A stretch of 64,000 bases of DNA from Chthoniobacteraceae bacterium (GCA_031409655.1 JANNXQ010000078.1:44525-108524); one strand, 5' to 3'; shown: positions 9,691-18,711, numbered from the stretch's first letter. The notes: generated by a model from the letters alone, not told the origin. A program made the numbers and translations.

Positions 9691-11070
9691 TCAACGGCGC
9701 GCCGCCAATTGTTTCTGCAAGCCGGCCAGGGTGGAAGCATTCGCGGGAAGCGCAGCGACGTTGTGCCATTCCCCGGGGTCCGCCTGATGATCGTACAGTT
9801 CGAGTTTCCCGTCGCTCCACTCCGTGAGCCGCCAGCGCTCCGTGCGCAGGGAAAAACCACTCATGCCGCCACCCCGCACGAGATGCGTGAGCGCGCTGTC
9901 GCGGATGGCTTGCGCCGGATCGTCGAGCAATGGCGCGAGGCTCTGCCCTTTCACCGTGGCCGGCACAGTGAGCCCGCAGAGCCCAACGACGGTCGGGTAA
10001 ATATCGAGAAACTCGACGAGGCTGCGGCACACCGCGGGCTTCACTTCAGGCGCGACGATGAGCAGCGGCGCACGGCAGGAGCGGTCGAAGAGCGTGTTCT
10101 TATTCCACCAACCGCGCTCGCCGAGATGGTAGCCGTGATCGCCCACAAAGATGACCACCGTCTTCTCCCAAAGCTTCAGCCGGTCCATCGCGTCCATGAG
10201 CCGCCCGACCTGCGCATCCGTCTGCGACGTACCGGCATAGTAGTGCGTGAGAAAGTCCTTCCGGTCCGCATCCGTGAACTGCGCGAAGGCCGCCTCGAAG
10301 GCTCCACCGCCGAGCGTCTGCTTGAACATTGGTGTCGCATCCGCCGGATCGCGATGCAGCTTCAGCGACCCCGCGGGAAACTGCGCGACGTAACGCTTGC
10401 CCACCACAAAGGGATCGTGCGGTCGGTGAAATCCCGCGCCGATAAACCACGGCTTGCCCGCGAGCCGCTCCATCGCCGCGATCGCCTGCTGCGCCGTCTG
10501 CCCGTCGGATTGATCGTCGTCGGTTCCTTCGAGATCCGCCACCTCGCACCACTTCAAAGTGCCCCCCGTGAGATTCCGCCGCGGCCCGGTGTTCCCGAGC
10601 TTCGTCGCCTTGAACATCTTCGCCTCATCCCACGATTTCGCGCCGTCGAGAAAACGATTCTCCGCCTGCCCCTCGGTCCCTCCCGCGTGGTAGATCTTCC
10701 CATAAGAAACCGCGGTCGCCCCATGCTGCCGGAAGAGCTCCGGCAGCGTCACGATGTCCGGCATGGTCTCGCGGAAGAAAGTGCCGTTGCCCGTCACGCC
10801 ATTCACCTCCGGCCGTGTGCTCGTGAGCATCGAAGTGCGGCTCGGATTGCACACCGGATACTGCACGTAAGCCCGATCAAACCGCACCCCGCGCGCGGCG
10901 AGCCGATCGAGATTCGGCGTCTTCGCCTGCGCATCGCCGTAGCAGCCCAGCGCCGGCCGAAGATCATCCGCCATGATGAGCAAGACATTGTAACGCGGCG
11001 CATCCGCAGCGCGCAGCGCGGCCAGTGAGCCGAGCAGGATGGCGGCGAGGGTTGCGATGATTTGTTTCAT
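9691..11070 (-). CDS. Sulfatase (iduronate-2-sulfatase-like), secreted
   Basis: ADDLRP; CNPSR formylglycine motif; GDHGYHLGE. Confidence 0.93.
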   Translation of the reverse strand: MKQIIATLAAILLGSLAALRAADAPRYNVLLIMADDLRPALGCYGDAQAKTPNLDRLAARGVRFDRAYVQYPVCNPSRTSMLTSTRPEVNGVTGNGTFFRETMPDIVTLPELFRQHGATAVSYGKIYHAGGTEGQAENRFLDGAKSWDEAKMFKATKLGNTGPRRNLTGGTLKWCEVADLEGTDDDQSDGQTAQQAIAAMERLAGKPWFIGAGFHRPHDPFVVGKRYVAQFPAGSLKLHRDPADATPMFKQTLGGGAFEAAFAQFTDADRKDFLTHYYAGTSQTDAQVGRLMDAMDRLKLWEKTVVIFVGDHGYHLGERGWWNKNTLFDRSCRAPLLIVAPEVKPAVCRSLVEFLDIYPTVVGLCGLTVPATVKGQSLAPLLDDPAQAIRDSALTHLVRGGGMSGFSLRTERWRLTEWSDGKLELYDHQADPGEWHNVAALPANASTLAGLQKQLAARR

Positions 11071-11169
11071 GGTGTGATGCCGATCGTGTCCGCGACGTTC
11101 GCGATCGGGAGCGGGGCGACCTTTGGCGGCGCCTGCGCGACGAAAGTGCCGGGGGGACGAAGTGCGGAT

Positions 11170-11218
11170 CGGTGAACGGAGGCGAACAAGCGGGAATGTT
11201 CGCCCGTAAATCTCACCG
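11170..11218. promoter_or_regulatory. Nested inverted repeat upstream of the AAA/kinase cassette (possible operator or hairpin)
   Basis: CGGTGA ACGGA GGCGAACA-N8-TGTTCGCC CGT AAATC TCACCG. Confidence 0.4.
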
Positions 11219-11361
11219 TCGGCAATCCGTAAGAGCGATTTTGCGTCGCCGATGAAGTCGCCGCGGATGCTGTCTTCGGCTCCCGGTCGCGCGGGCGCCG
11301 GCAGAAAGTCTCATCACCTTTCGCGTGGCGACGGGGGCGAGAAGGAGACTACATTCACCGC

Positions 11362-12309
11362 ATGGCGACGACCAAACAACTCGCAGAACTTTTCCGCGCC
11401 GTCGCAGGGCACGACATGCCTCGTGCCGTGGAATCTGCGCGGCGCATCGCCCAGATCGAAGCGGACAAGGGCAATCACAGCGCTGCGCGCGACCTGCTCG
11501 GCTCGCTCAACGGCTACGCCACGCCGGGGCATGCCGGTCATTCACATCCCATCGCGCAGAGCCTGACCGCGCAGCAGTGCGTGTCCTTTCTCCCCCACTC
11601 CGCGACGCTCGACGCGCTTGAACTCCCCGCCGCACTCCGCGCGGAAATCTTGGAGCTTTCCGCCGAGTGGAGGCACCGCGCCGAGCTACGGGCGCAGGGC
11701 ATCCCACGCCGCTGGCGGCTGCTTTTCCACGGCCCGCCTGGCTGCGGGAAAAGCGCCACCGCCGCCGCGCTCGGCCAGCTCGTTGGCCTCCCCGTGTATC
11801 TTGTGCGCTTCGATGCACTCATCGGCGCGTATCTCGGCCAGACTGCACTGCGCCTCCGGGAAGTCTTCCGCTTCGCCACCGAAAATCCGTGCGTGCTGCT
11901 CTTCGATGAAGTGGATGCGCTGGCGAAACGTCGCGGCACACCAATGGAAGTCGGCGAGATCGACCGCGTGGTCATCGCCTTCATGCAGGAACTCGAACAC
12001 GCCTCGCCCGAAGGCTTCATCATCGCCACCTGCAACCTCCCGCACTCGCTCGACGACGCCCTCTGGCGCCGCTTCGACCTCCCCGTAATTTTCCCCAAAC
12101 CCACCGCCAAACAGCTCACCACCTTCGCCCGCAAACGCTGCAAGCAACTCGGTTTCGCGCCATCGAAAAAACTCCCGCTGCTCGCCGCCAAAGCGGGCAA
12201 CTACGCCCGCGCCGAACAACTCATCGCCGACGAAGCGAGGCGGCGCGCGCTGGCGAAACTAACAGGACGCAGCGCCAGAACTCACCTTTTGCAAAGTCAC
12301 AATGCCTGA
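11362..12309 (+). CDS. AAA+ ATPase of the type usually paired with S8 peptidases (IetA-like)
   Basis: Walker A HGPPGCGKS; Walker B LLFDEVD; SRH ATCNLPHSLDDALWRRFD; helical N-terminus MATTKQLAELFRA. Confidence 0.9.
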   Translation: MATTKQLAELFRAVAGHDMPRAVESARRIAQIEADKGNHSAARDLLGSLNGYATPGHAGHSHPIAQSLTAQQCVSFLPHSATLDALELPAALRAEILELSAEWRHRAELRAQGIPRRWRLLFHGPPGCGKSATAAALGQLVGLPVYLVRFDALIGAYLGQTALRLREVFRFATENPCVLLFDEVDALAKRRGTPMEVGEIDRVVIAFMQELEHASPEGFIIATCNLPHSLDDALWRRFDLPVIFPKPTAKQLTTFARKRCKQLGFAPSKKLPLLAAKAGNYARAEQLIADEARRRALAKLTGRSARTHLLQSHNA

Positions 12310-13207
12310 AATTCCGAAACCAACTGCGAGCGAAATTGCTTCCGCCATTCCAGAAGTCACTGATGCGACCGTGGTCAAGTCGGGTGGCTTCAAGGTCGTG
12401 TATCGCGCGACCATCAATGGCCGGACGGAAGCTTTGAAGCTGGTGCATATTCCATCGTTTGCGGGAATTGATGACCCGAAGCCGTTTCAAGACGAGTGTT
12501 TGGCGCGAGTGCGGCGCGAAGTGCAGACGCTCGCCGACTGCCAAGATCCGAATGTCGTGAAGCTCGGCTCCATCGCTCCGCGACAAGTGGCAATGCTCGG
12601 TGAATCGCTCATCGCGTACTCGGAGGAATTCCTGCCGGGTAAAGACCTCCGCGCACACATCAAGGATGGATGGCGGCCCGGTGAGCCCGAACTCCGCACC
12701 CTTTTCCTCACGCTGATCACCGCCATTAAATCACTCTGGGAATTACCCAATCGCGTCGTCCACCGCGACATCAAGCCGGACAACATCATCCGGCTGGACG
12801 ACGACGCCCGCCCGTTCGTGCTTCTCGACCTTGGCATCGCCTACGCCGTATTCGATACCGCGCTGACGGTGAATCCAGAGCAGCGGTTGCCAGTCGGGAC
12901 GTTCCCGTATCTGGCGCCGGAAATGTTCCAGCCAAACTTTCGCGACACGATTGATTACCGCAGTGACCTCTACGCCGCGGCGCTCACGGTCTATGAGTGC
13001 GCGACCGGGCGGCATCCGCTCGCGAGGGAAGGCGAATACCTCGTGAAAACGCTGACGCGCATCCTGCAAGACACGCCGCCTCCGCTCCGCAGCGCGCGGG
13101 CCGACTTGTCGCCGGTGCTCTGCGAGATGGTGGATGGGATGTTGAAAAAACGCCCGGCACTGCGCCCGGCGAACCTTCCATCGCTCATCAACAAGCTCCA
13201 ATCCTGA
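12302..13207 (+). CDS. Stand-alone Hanks-type Ser/Thr protein kinase
   Basis: SGGFKVVY, ALK, HRDIKPDN, DLGIA, GTFPYLAPE, RSDLY; no transmembrane or sensor domain; 8-nt overlap with the ATPase. Confidence 0.93.
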   Translation: MPEIPKPTASEIASAIPEVTDATVVKSGGFKVVYRATINGRTEALKLVHIPSFAGIDDPKPFQDECLARVRREVQTLADCQDPNVVKLGSIAPRQVAMLGESLIAYSEEFLPGKDLRAHIKDGWRPGEPELRTLFLTLITAIKSLWELPNRVVHRDIKPDNIIRLDDDARPFVLLDLGIAYAVFDTALTVNPEQRLPVGTFPYLAPEMFQPNFRDTIDYRSDLYAAALTVYECATGRHPLAREGEYLVKTLTRILQDTPPPLRSARADLSPVLCEMVDGMLKKRPALRPANLPSLINKLQS

Positions 13208-13209
13208 CC

Positions 13210-14400
13210 ATGAAACTCTACGCACAGCACGGATTTGGCGATGGGGACAAGGTCGCTACGGGATTGGAGAGGGGCTTGATTGACGGGGCCATCCTCGGTG
13301 CCAAAGACCTGCCGGCGGAAAAACTATCCGCCAAGCTCGGCGACCTGCGCGCGGCATCGGCGGGTGCGACGCTGGTTTTCGACCCGCAGTTTTACGTGAG
13401 CCTTCTCCGCAACAACGGTGCGCTCCGCCTCGGCGCACTGGAAAGCTACGATTACTTCCGCAGTTGGCGGCGCAGTCAGCTTGAGTCGTCCGAACGGGTC
13501 GCCGAAGTGCTGGACAGTGCGCTCGAATTTCAAGCGGCAGTTCCACAACTGGACGCGCTTATCGCACCGAACATTCTCATCTCCCGTTCATTCGATTCCG
13601 CCGAGGCGGTGATTGCGAAGAACTTCATCCGGGCGACAGCGAACCGGCACCGACAGACGGGAGACGCGCGGCCTGTTTTCGCGACGCTGGCTGTGTCGCG
13701 CGAGGCGCTGCTTCACACGGATGAATTCGAGAGTTTCCTTGCCGACATCACGCTGCTTGATGAGCCGCCAAACGGTTTTTACCTCCTCATTGGCGCATCC
13801 AGCAGCGAAGCGCGCGGCGAGATTCTCCACGCTGATGTCATCGCCGCGTGGATGCTGCTCAACCGCTCGTTGAAGCTGAACGGCTTTGAAGTCATCAATG
13901 GCTACTCGGATTTGCTGACACCCTTCCTTGCCGCTGTCGGGGCCGATGCCGGTGCTACGGGATGGTTCAACACACTCCGCGTATTTTCGCTGGAGCGTTT
14001 CGGCCCCGCCGCCGGGATGGCGCGGCAGCCGCTGCCGCGCTACCTGTCCGCGCGACTCCTAAATCGCCTGACTTTCGTCGAACTCAACGCGATGCGGGCG
14101 ATGTTCCCAAAGATGCTGAATCGCCTGCCCACCGACGCTAGCTTTCCCAGCGACGATGAACCGGAACGAATTGCCGAGGCGTTTCAGGCATGGGAGGCAT
14201 TACGAACGATGAGCGCAGCAATGTCCGGCGGCGACATCTCCGCCAATCTGGCGGCGTGCGAACTAGCCGTGGCGGAGGCGCGAAATGCCTACGGCACTAT
14301 TGCCGCCGCTGGCTTCCGACTCGGGCCGAAATCCGGAGGCGACCACATCGCCGAAATCCACGAGGGACTTACCGCCTTCCGCGAGTCCGCAGAACTTTGA
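13210..14400 (+). CDS. Hypothetical cytoplasmic alpha/beta protein (396 aa)
   Basis: ATG 2 nt after the kinase stop (MKLYAQHGFGDGDK); globular composition; FDPQFY and ATGWFNTLRVFS motifs. Confidence 0.8.
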   Translation: MKLYAQHGFGDGDKVATGLERGLIDGAILGAKDLPAEKLSAKLGDLRAASAGATLVFDPQFYVSLLRNNGALRLGALESYDYFRSWRRSQLESSERVAEVLDSALEFQAAVPQLDALIAPNILISRSFDSAEAVIAKNFIRATANRHRQTGDARPVFATLAVSREALLHTDEFESFLADITLLDEPPNGFYLLIGASSSEARGEILHADVIAAWMLLNRSLKLNGFEVINGYSDLLTPFLAAVGADAGATGWFNTLRVFSLERFGPAAGMARQPLPRYLSARLLNRLTFVELNAMRAMFPKMLNRLPTDASFPSDDEPERIAEAFQAWEALRTMSAAMSGGDISANLAACELAVAEARNAYGTIAAAGFRLGPKSGGDHIAEIHEGLTAFRESAEL

Positions 14401-15019
14401 CACTCCGCATCAGCGTCTCCACCGCCCGCGCACGGGCACGCGGGCTGAGTGGCTTGGCGGGGCGCGGTGAGTAGTGGCGGACGATGCGGGCGGTGTCGGC
14501 GTCGAATGACCAGAGGCCGACTTTCAGATGGCGAAAGAGGTCGAGCTTTTCCATCGCGAGTCTCGCGGCCGACTTCGGCAGAACGACGTAGGCAGCGTTT
14601 GCGAACCAGCGGTAGCGGCACGCCTGGCTGAGCGCCTTGCGCCAGTCGGTGAGCTTCATCTCGAAGGCGAGCAGCGACTCGTCGCGGATGAATGTCTCGT
14701 TGCGAAGCTCGACTGCGCGGCCTTCATCGCGGCTGCCCGCATTCGTCCAGACGAACCACACAAAATCCGCGACACCGAAACCGGCGACCGCCAGCTCGCG
14801 CGCGGGCATGGACGAGCGCGGGCGGCCCGCTTGCATCCGCTCCGCGAGATAGGCGCGGCTAAACGCGAGGACGAACCCCGATTCGCCCCGCTTGCGGCTC
14901 ACATTGGCCGGTAAATTTTTGCGGGTGTTTGTCGCGATGGAAATCGGCGGATGGTCGGTGGCGCAACGCACGCTGCGTCTGTAACCGCCAGGATTCGCGA
15001 CCGCAAGTGGCGCACTCAT
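14369..15019 (-). CDS. Putative PD-(D/E)xK-fold nuclease (MmcB/Sce7726-like)
   Basis: RELAVAGFGVADFV...AFEMKLTDWRKALSQACRYRWFANAAYVVLP...VGLW; exact start uncertain. Confidence 0.7.
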   Translation of the reverse strand: MSAPLAVANPGGYRRSVRCATDHPPISIATNTRKNLPANVSRKRGESGFVLAFSRAYLAERMQAGRPRSSMPARELAVAGFGVADFVWFVWTNAGSRDEGRAVELRNETFIRDESLLAFEMKLTDWRKALSQACRYRWFANAAYVVLPKSAARLAMEKLDLFRHLKVGLWSFDADTARIVRHYSPRPAKPLSPRARARAVETLMRSVKVLRTRGRR

Positions 15020-15029
15020 TTTCCGCCGC

Positions 15030-16289
15030 TCACGCGCCCTTCGGCTTGATGAACATGACCTCCGCGCGGTCGATCCAGCCTTTGCGCAGATCGAGGCGGA
15101 ACCAGCCGTCGCTGTTTTTCCGGTGGATGCGGCAGCCGGAGCGCGGGCCGAATTCCTTCAGGTCGTACTGCGCCCACGTCTTGCCCATGTCGGGCGAGTA
15201 GATGATGCCGTTCGCGTAGGTCGAGGCCGGGGCACAATGCGTCGCGAGCATCACGCCGTCCTGGATGATCATGTTCGCGGATTCGAACTTCGGGTTGAAG
15301 AGCAGCGTGTGCTTGGTCGTGTCCGTGATGTCCGCCGGCGCGCAGGTGAAGATGCCGCGATCATGCTCGGGGCCGACCTTCGGGCCGTTCGCGTCGGCGA
15401 TCCAATAGACGCGCCCGTCCACGAAGTTGATCCCGCCGCATTTGAAACGGGAGTCGGAGTTCACGCTGATGATCACTTTCCAGCTCCACGCATCCGCCTT
15501 CGCGTCGTAGGTGCCGCGCAGCCAGTGGCACTCGTTGCCGTGGCCGCGGTCGATGTCGCCGGTGCACGCGTAGAAGGCGTTCTCGGTCGGGCTGTAGGTC
15601 ACGTTGTGGATGTGGCGGCAGATGACCGGGTTCGTCGCGTCGCCGAGCAACGGCGCATCCGGCGCGGCGCCCTTTTGCTGGAACTTCGGATTCTGCCCGA
15701 ACGAATACGCGAGCTTCACCGTCTGCCCGTTGTCGGTGGAGTAGAAGATATTCACCGGCACCGCGCCGCCGACCACGTTGCAGTAGTTGCCCCACACGAG
15801 CATCTCCTTGCCATCCACCTCGAAGCAGTGCTCGCCATCGAGCGGATGAAAATACCAGCCGGGCAGTTCCGGATTCACCGGCTTGTGCGGGAGGTAGTCA
15901 CTGCCGTCGCGATTCTTCACGATGATCTCGCGGTGCGTCTTCAGATTGTCCGTGCTCAGGAAAAGATGCGTGGTCGTGGCGAAGAGGATGTTCCCATTTT
16001 TCAAAATGACGCTGAACGTGACCGCGTCCGCATAGGGAAATTCCGCGCTGTGCGCCCACGTCTTTGCATTGTCCTCCGAGAGGAAAATCTTCCCGTCGCC
16101 GAAGCCGAATGCCTTGTTGTCACGCTGCGAATCGATGTATGGCCCCTCCGGCGCGCCGCGGTAGAAGAAGTGCTCCGTCTCCCGGATGTCCGAGCGCGCG
16201 GCGCTGAGTCTGTGTGGCAGCAGGAAGCTGCCCGCGGTGGCCGCCGTGGCCCCGAGCCACTGGCGGCGTGTGAGTAATGGGCTTTTCAT
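15030..16289 (-). CDS. Tat-exported BNR/Asp-box beta-propeller protein (sialidase-like)
   Basis: LTRRQWLG Tat signal; Asp-box-like SEDNAKTW, STDNGQT, SPDMGKTW. Confidence 0.78.
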   Translation of the reverse strand: MKSPLLTRRQWLGATAATAGSFLLPHRLSAARSDIRETEHFFYRGAPEGPYIDSQRDNKAFGFGDGKIFLSEDNAKTWAHSAEFPYADAVTFSVILKNGNILFATTTHLFLSTDNLKTHREIIVKNRDGSDYLPHKPVNPELPGWYFHPLDGEHCFEVDGKEMLVWGNYCNVVGGAVPVNIFYSTDNGQTVKLAYSFGQNPKFQQKGAAPDAPLLGDATNPVICRHIHNVTYSPTENAFYACTGDIDRGHGNECHWLRGTYDAKADAWSWKVIISVNSDSRFKCGGINFVDGRVYWIADANGPKVGPEHDRGIFTCAPADITDTTKHTLLFNPKFESANMIIQDGVMLATHCAPASTYANGIIYSPDMGKTWAQYDLKEFGPRSGCRIHRKNSDGWFRLDLRKGWIDRAEVMFIKPKGA

Positions 16290-17473
16290 ATTTGCTTCGC
16301 CGCGGTCGGGCGTACCTTGAAATGGGCGAGGTAGATGTTCGCGGGATTGAAGGCCGCGCCCTTGGCCGTCGGAAATTCGTGCGATGAGTAATAGCAGAGC
16401 AGCACCTCCCCGCCCTTCGGTCCGTCGGCGAAGCTTTGATACGCGTTGTCGCCGCCGCTGGGGATGATCCACGGGTTCTCGAGTCCGTTCTCGGTGACCG
16501 TCCACACTTTGCAGACCGCAGGATAACCATCAGGCCGAGGCTCGCGCACGTCGCGCGCGGAAAGCAGCAAGCCGCCGTCCTTCAACGCGTGCAGCGCGGG
16601 CCCGCCGAAATTGTTCACGCCGGTGGCGTAGGCCCGCCAGGGACCGTTGGGCTTCGCGCCGAAGACGATCACGCCGTCCTTCGAGGTGCGAATGGCCGAG
16701 ACGAGCGTGCCGTCGGGCGTCCACGCCACATCGGCCTCGTGGCCCCAGCCGGTGCCGGGGCCGCCTTTGTGCATCGCGGCGGTCGGGCCTTCGCCGTAGG
16801 TGTGCAGCGCCTTGAATTTCACGCCATCCTCGGAGCGGTAGAGGATCAGGCCGAACAACCCGGGCGAGCCCTCCGCCTTGTTCCCGCAGCGCGCAAGGCT
16901 GTAAAACGCGCCGTCCGGGCCTTTGCGAATGCGGAAAAGCCAGCGGCGACGGTTGGGAGTGAGCACGAGTCCGCTGCCCGGCTTCGGCTCGACGAACTCC
17001 GACTCCAGCTCGCGCGGCTCGCTCCATGTCACGCCGTCGGCGGATTGCGAATAGAAATCTTCCTTCGAGTGAAAGACGACCTGGACCTTGCCGTGATTGT
17101 CGAACACGAGCGGATCGCGGCAGTCGTGGTCGCGCGTGAACTCGGCGACCTTGTCCCACTTTTTCAAATCCTCGGCTTTCGCGCGGATGACGGTGATCTT
17201 CGACTCCGGTGCCTGATGCGAGTCCGACGTGCGGAATGAGACGTAGTAGAAGTCGCCGACGCGCGCGATGCCGGGGAATCCGTTGTGCCGCCCGTCGGTC
17301 CAGATGGTCTGCGAGTAATAAAATGAAACCATCGGGCGTGGCAGCGGCTTCACATCGAGCGAAAGATCCGGTGCGCTCGCAGCGCGGGCTGGAAGCGCAC
17401 GACCGCCCGCGGCGAGGACGGAGGCTTGAAGCGTCGTGTGGAGGAAGCCGCGTCGAGTGAGATGGGTGTTCAT
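16286..17473 (-). CDS. Tat-exported sialidase-like beta-propeller protein
   Basis: LTRRGFL Tat signal; HNGFPGI, DCRDP, SADGVTWS, SGGDNAY, LCYYSSH. Confidence 0.78.
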   Translation of the reverse strand: MNTHLTRRGFLHTTLQASVLAAGGRALPARAASAPDLSLDVKPLPRPMVSFYYSQTIWTDGRHNGFPGIARVGDFYYVSFRTSDSHQAPESKITVIRAKAEDLKKWDKVAEFTRDHDCRDPLVFDNHGKVQVVFHSKEDFYSQSADGVTWSEPRELESEFVEPKPGSGLVLTPNRRRWLFRIRKGPDGAFYSLARCGNKAEGSPGLFGLILYRSEDGVKFKALHTYGEGPTAAMHKGGPGTGWGHEADVAWTPDGTLVSAIRTSKDGVIVFGAKPNGPWRAYATGVNNFGGPALHALKDGGLLLSARDVREPRPDGYPAVCKVWTVTENGLENPWIIPSGGDNAYQSFADGPKGGEVLLCYYSSHEFPTAKGAAFNPANIYLAHFKVRPTAAKQI

Positions 17474-17519
17474 GTGAGAGAGTCTCGTAACGTCGAAGCC
17501 ACAGCGTCGTTCCATGTAT

Positions 17520-18623
17520 TCATTTTCCCAACTCGCCGCAAAGCGCCAGCGCCCGCAGCGCCTGCGCGGTGCTGATGTAGGTGATGTAGTGATACGTGTC
17601 GCGGTAGAGCGACTTCATCCACCAGCGCCCGCTCTCGCGCTGATTCGCCTTCAGCCACGCGACACCCTTTTGAATCCGCGCATCGTCCGCCGGCACGCCG
17701 CTCTCGCGCAGCAGCACGATGGCCCACGCCGTCAGGTAAGGATCGCTCGCCGGGCTGGCCGCGTCGGGCTCGCCCTGGATCATCGTCACGACCTTGGGGT
17801 CCATCGTTTCGTGCCACTTCATGAGGTCCGACATGCGCCGCGTGGACCACCCGCCATCCGGCTGCTGCCGACGCCAGAGCATCGCCGTCGCCGGCGCGCG
17901 CACCGGTGGCGGCACGAGGTCCGGCATGAGCGCGGAAAGCTGGAGCTTCAGCGCGAGTTCGTAGTCATTCACCGGCTCGTGTTCGCGCAGGAAATTCTTC
18001 ATCCGCTCGACGCGTGCGAGCGTGTCGGCGTCCTTGAGATTCGCCAGCCAGCCCGGCGCGGTGGTGATGGCGCGCGCCGCCTGCACGGTCAGCTCGAAGT
18101 CCGTGGTGATGTAGGGAATCTCCACCTGCTTGATCGTGCGGAAAAATCCTTCGTCCGTGAGCAGCGTGAGCGTGTGCCGCAGCGAACGGTCGGTGTGCTC
18201 GCTGAGCTTGCCTGCGACGTGCTTGTCCCACGAAGCGAGACCGGAACTGCGCCACACGGATTTGATCGGGCTGGCGTCCTTGCCGCCATCCTTCGGCACC
18301 TCGTCGATGAAGTCCGCGAGCACCTCGTCGCTCGGCTGGCCGAGCCACGGCGTCAAAGCCGAGCGCTCGACCATGTAAACGCCCGTGCTGTGACACGCGA
18401 TGCACGACTTTTCCCGAACCCAATGATGCGCGCCATCGTCGAGATATTTTGCCGCCGCCTGGATCGTCTCAGGTCCGAACGCCTTCACCCGCGGCTCGTC
18501 CGCCGTCGCTGCCGGGACTTCGATGCCCGCAGACTTGTATTGAAACTCCGGCTTCGGCTTCGTCTCGACCGCGTGCGCCGTGACGGCAACTGCTGCGAGG
18601 ATGGCGATGAGGGAGGATTTCAT
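17520..18623 (-). CDS. Secreted prenyltransferase/squalene-cyclase-repeat protein
   Basis: Signal peptide MKSSLIAILAAVAVTAHA; QW-type repeats QQPDGGW and QRESGRW; N-terminal CIACH. Confidence 0.75.
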   Translation of the reverse strand: MKSSLIAILAAVAVTAHAVETKPKPEFQYKSAGIEVPAATADEPRVKAFGPETIQAAAKYLDDGAHHWVREKSCIACHSTGVYMVERSALTPWLGQPSDEVLADFIDEVPKDGGKDASPIKSVWRSSGLASWDKHVAGKLSEHTDRSLRHTLTLLTDEGFFRTIKQVEIPYITTDFELTVQAARAITTAPGWLANLKDADTLARVERMKNFLREHEPVNDYELALKLQLSALMPDLVPPPVRAPATAMLWRRQQPDGGWSTRRMSDLMKWHETMDPKVVTMIQGEPDAASPASDPYLTAWAIVLLRESGVPADDARIQKGVAWLKANQRESGRWWMKSLYRDTYHYITYISTAQALRALALCGELGK

Positions 18624-18711
18624 GGCGCAGAGATGCTGCACGATTCGAGCAATCTGGGCAGCATTCCTTTGGCCTGCGCCTCGCGGGCCCAGGCGCACGG
18701 CGGCGCTGATC

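Noticed and set aside
11181..11204. Verrucomicrobial LexA box
   Set aside because: The described motif is TGTTC-N4-GAACA; here the order is reversed and the spacing is 8 nt.
12997..13209. Longer start for the 396-aa protein given in the ORF track
   Set aside because: It overlaps the kinase by about 200 nt; the ATG at 13210 right after the kinase stop fits better.
11070..15030. Prophage or IS origin for the ATPase-kinase cassette
   Set aside because: No integrase, transposase, terminal repeats or target-site duplication could be identified by eye.
17520..18623. True squalene-hopene cyclase (shc)
   Set aside because: It is too short, has a signal peptide and has no DxDD motif.
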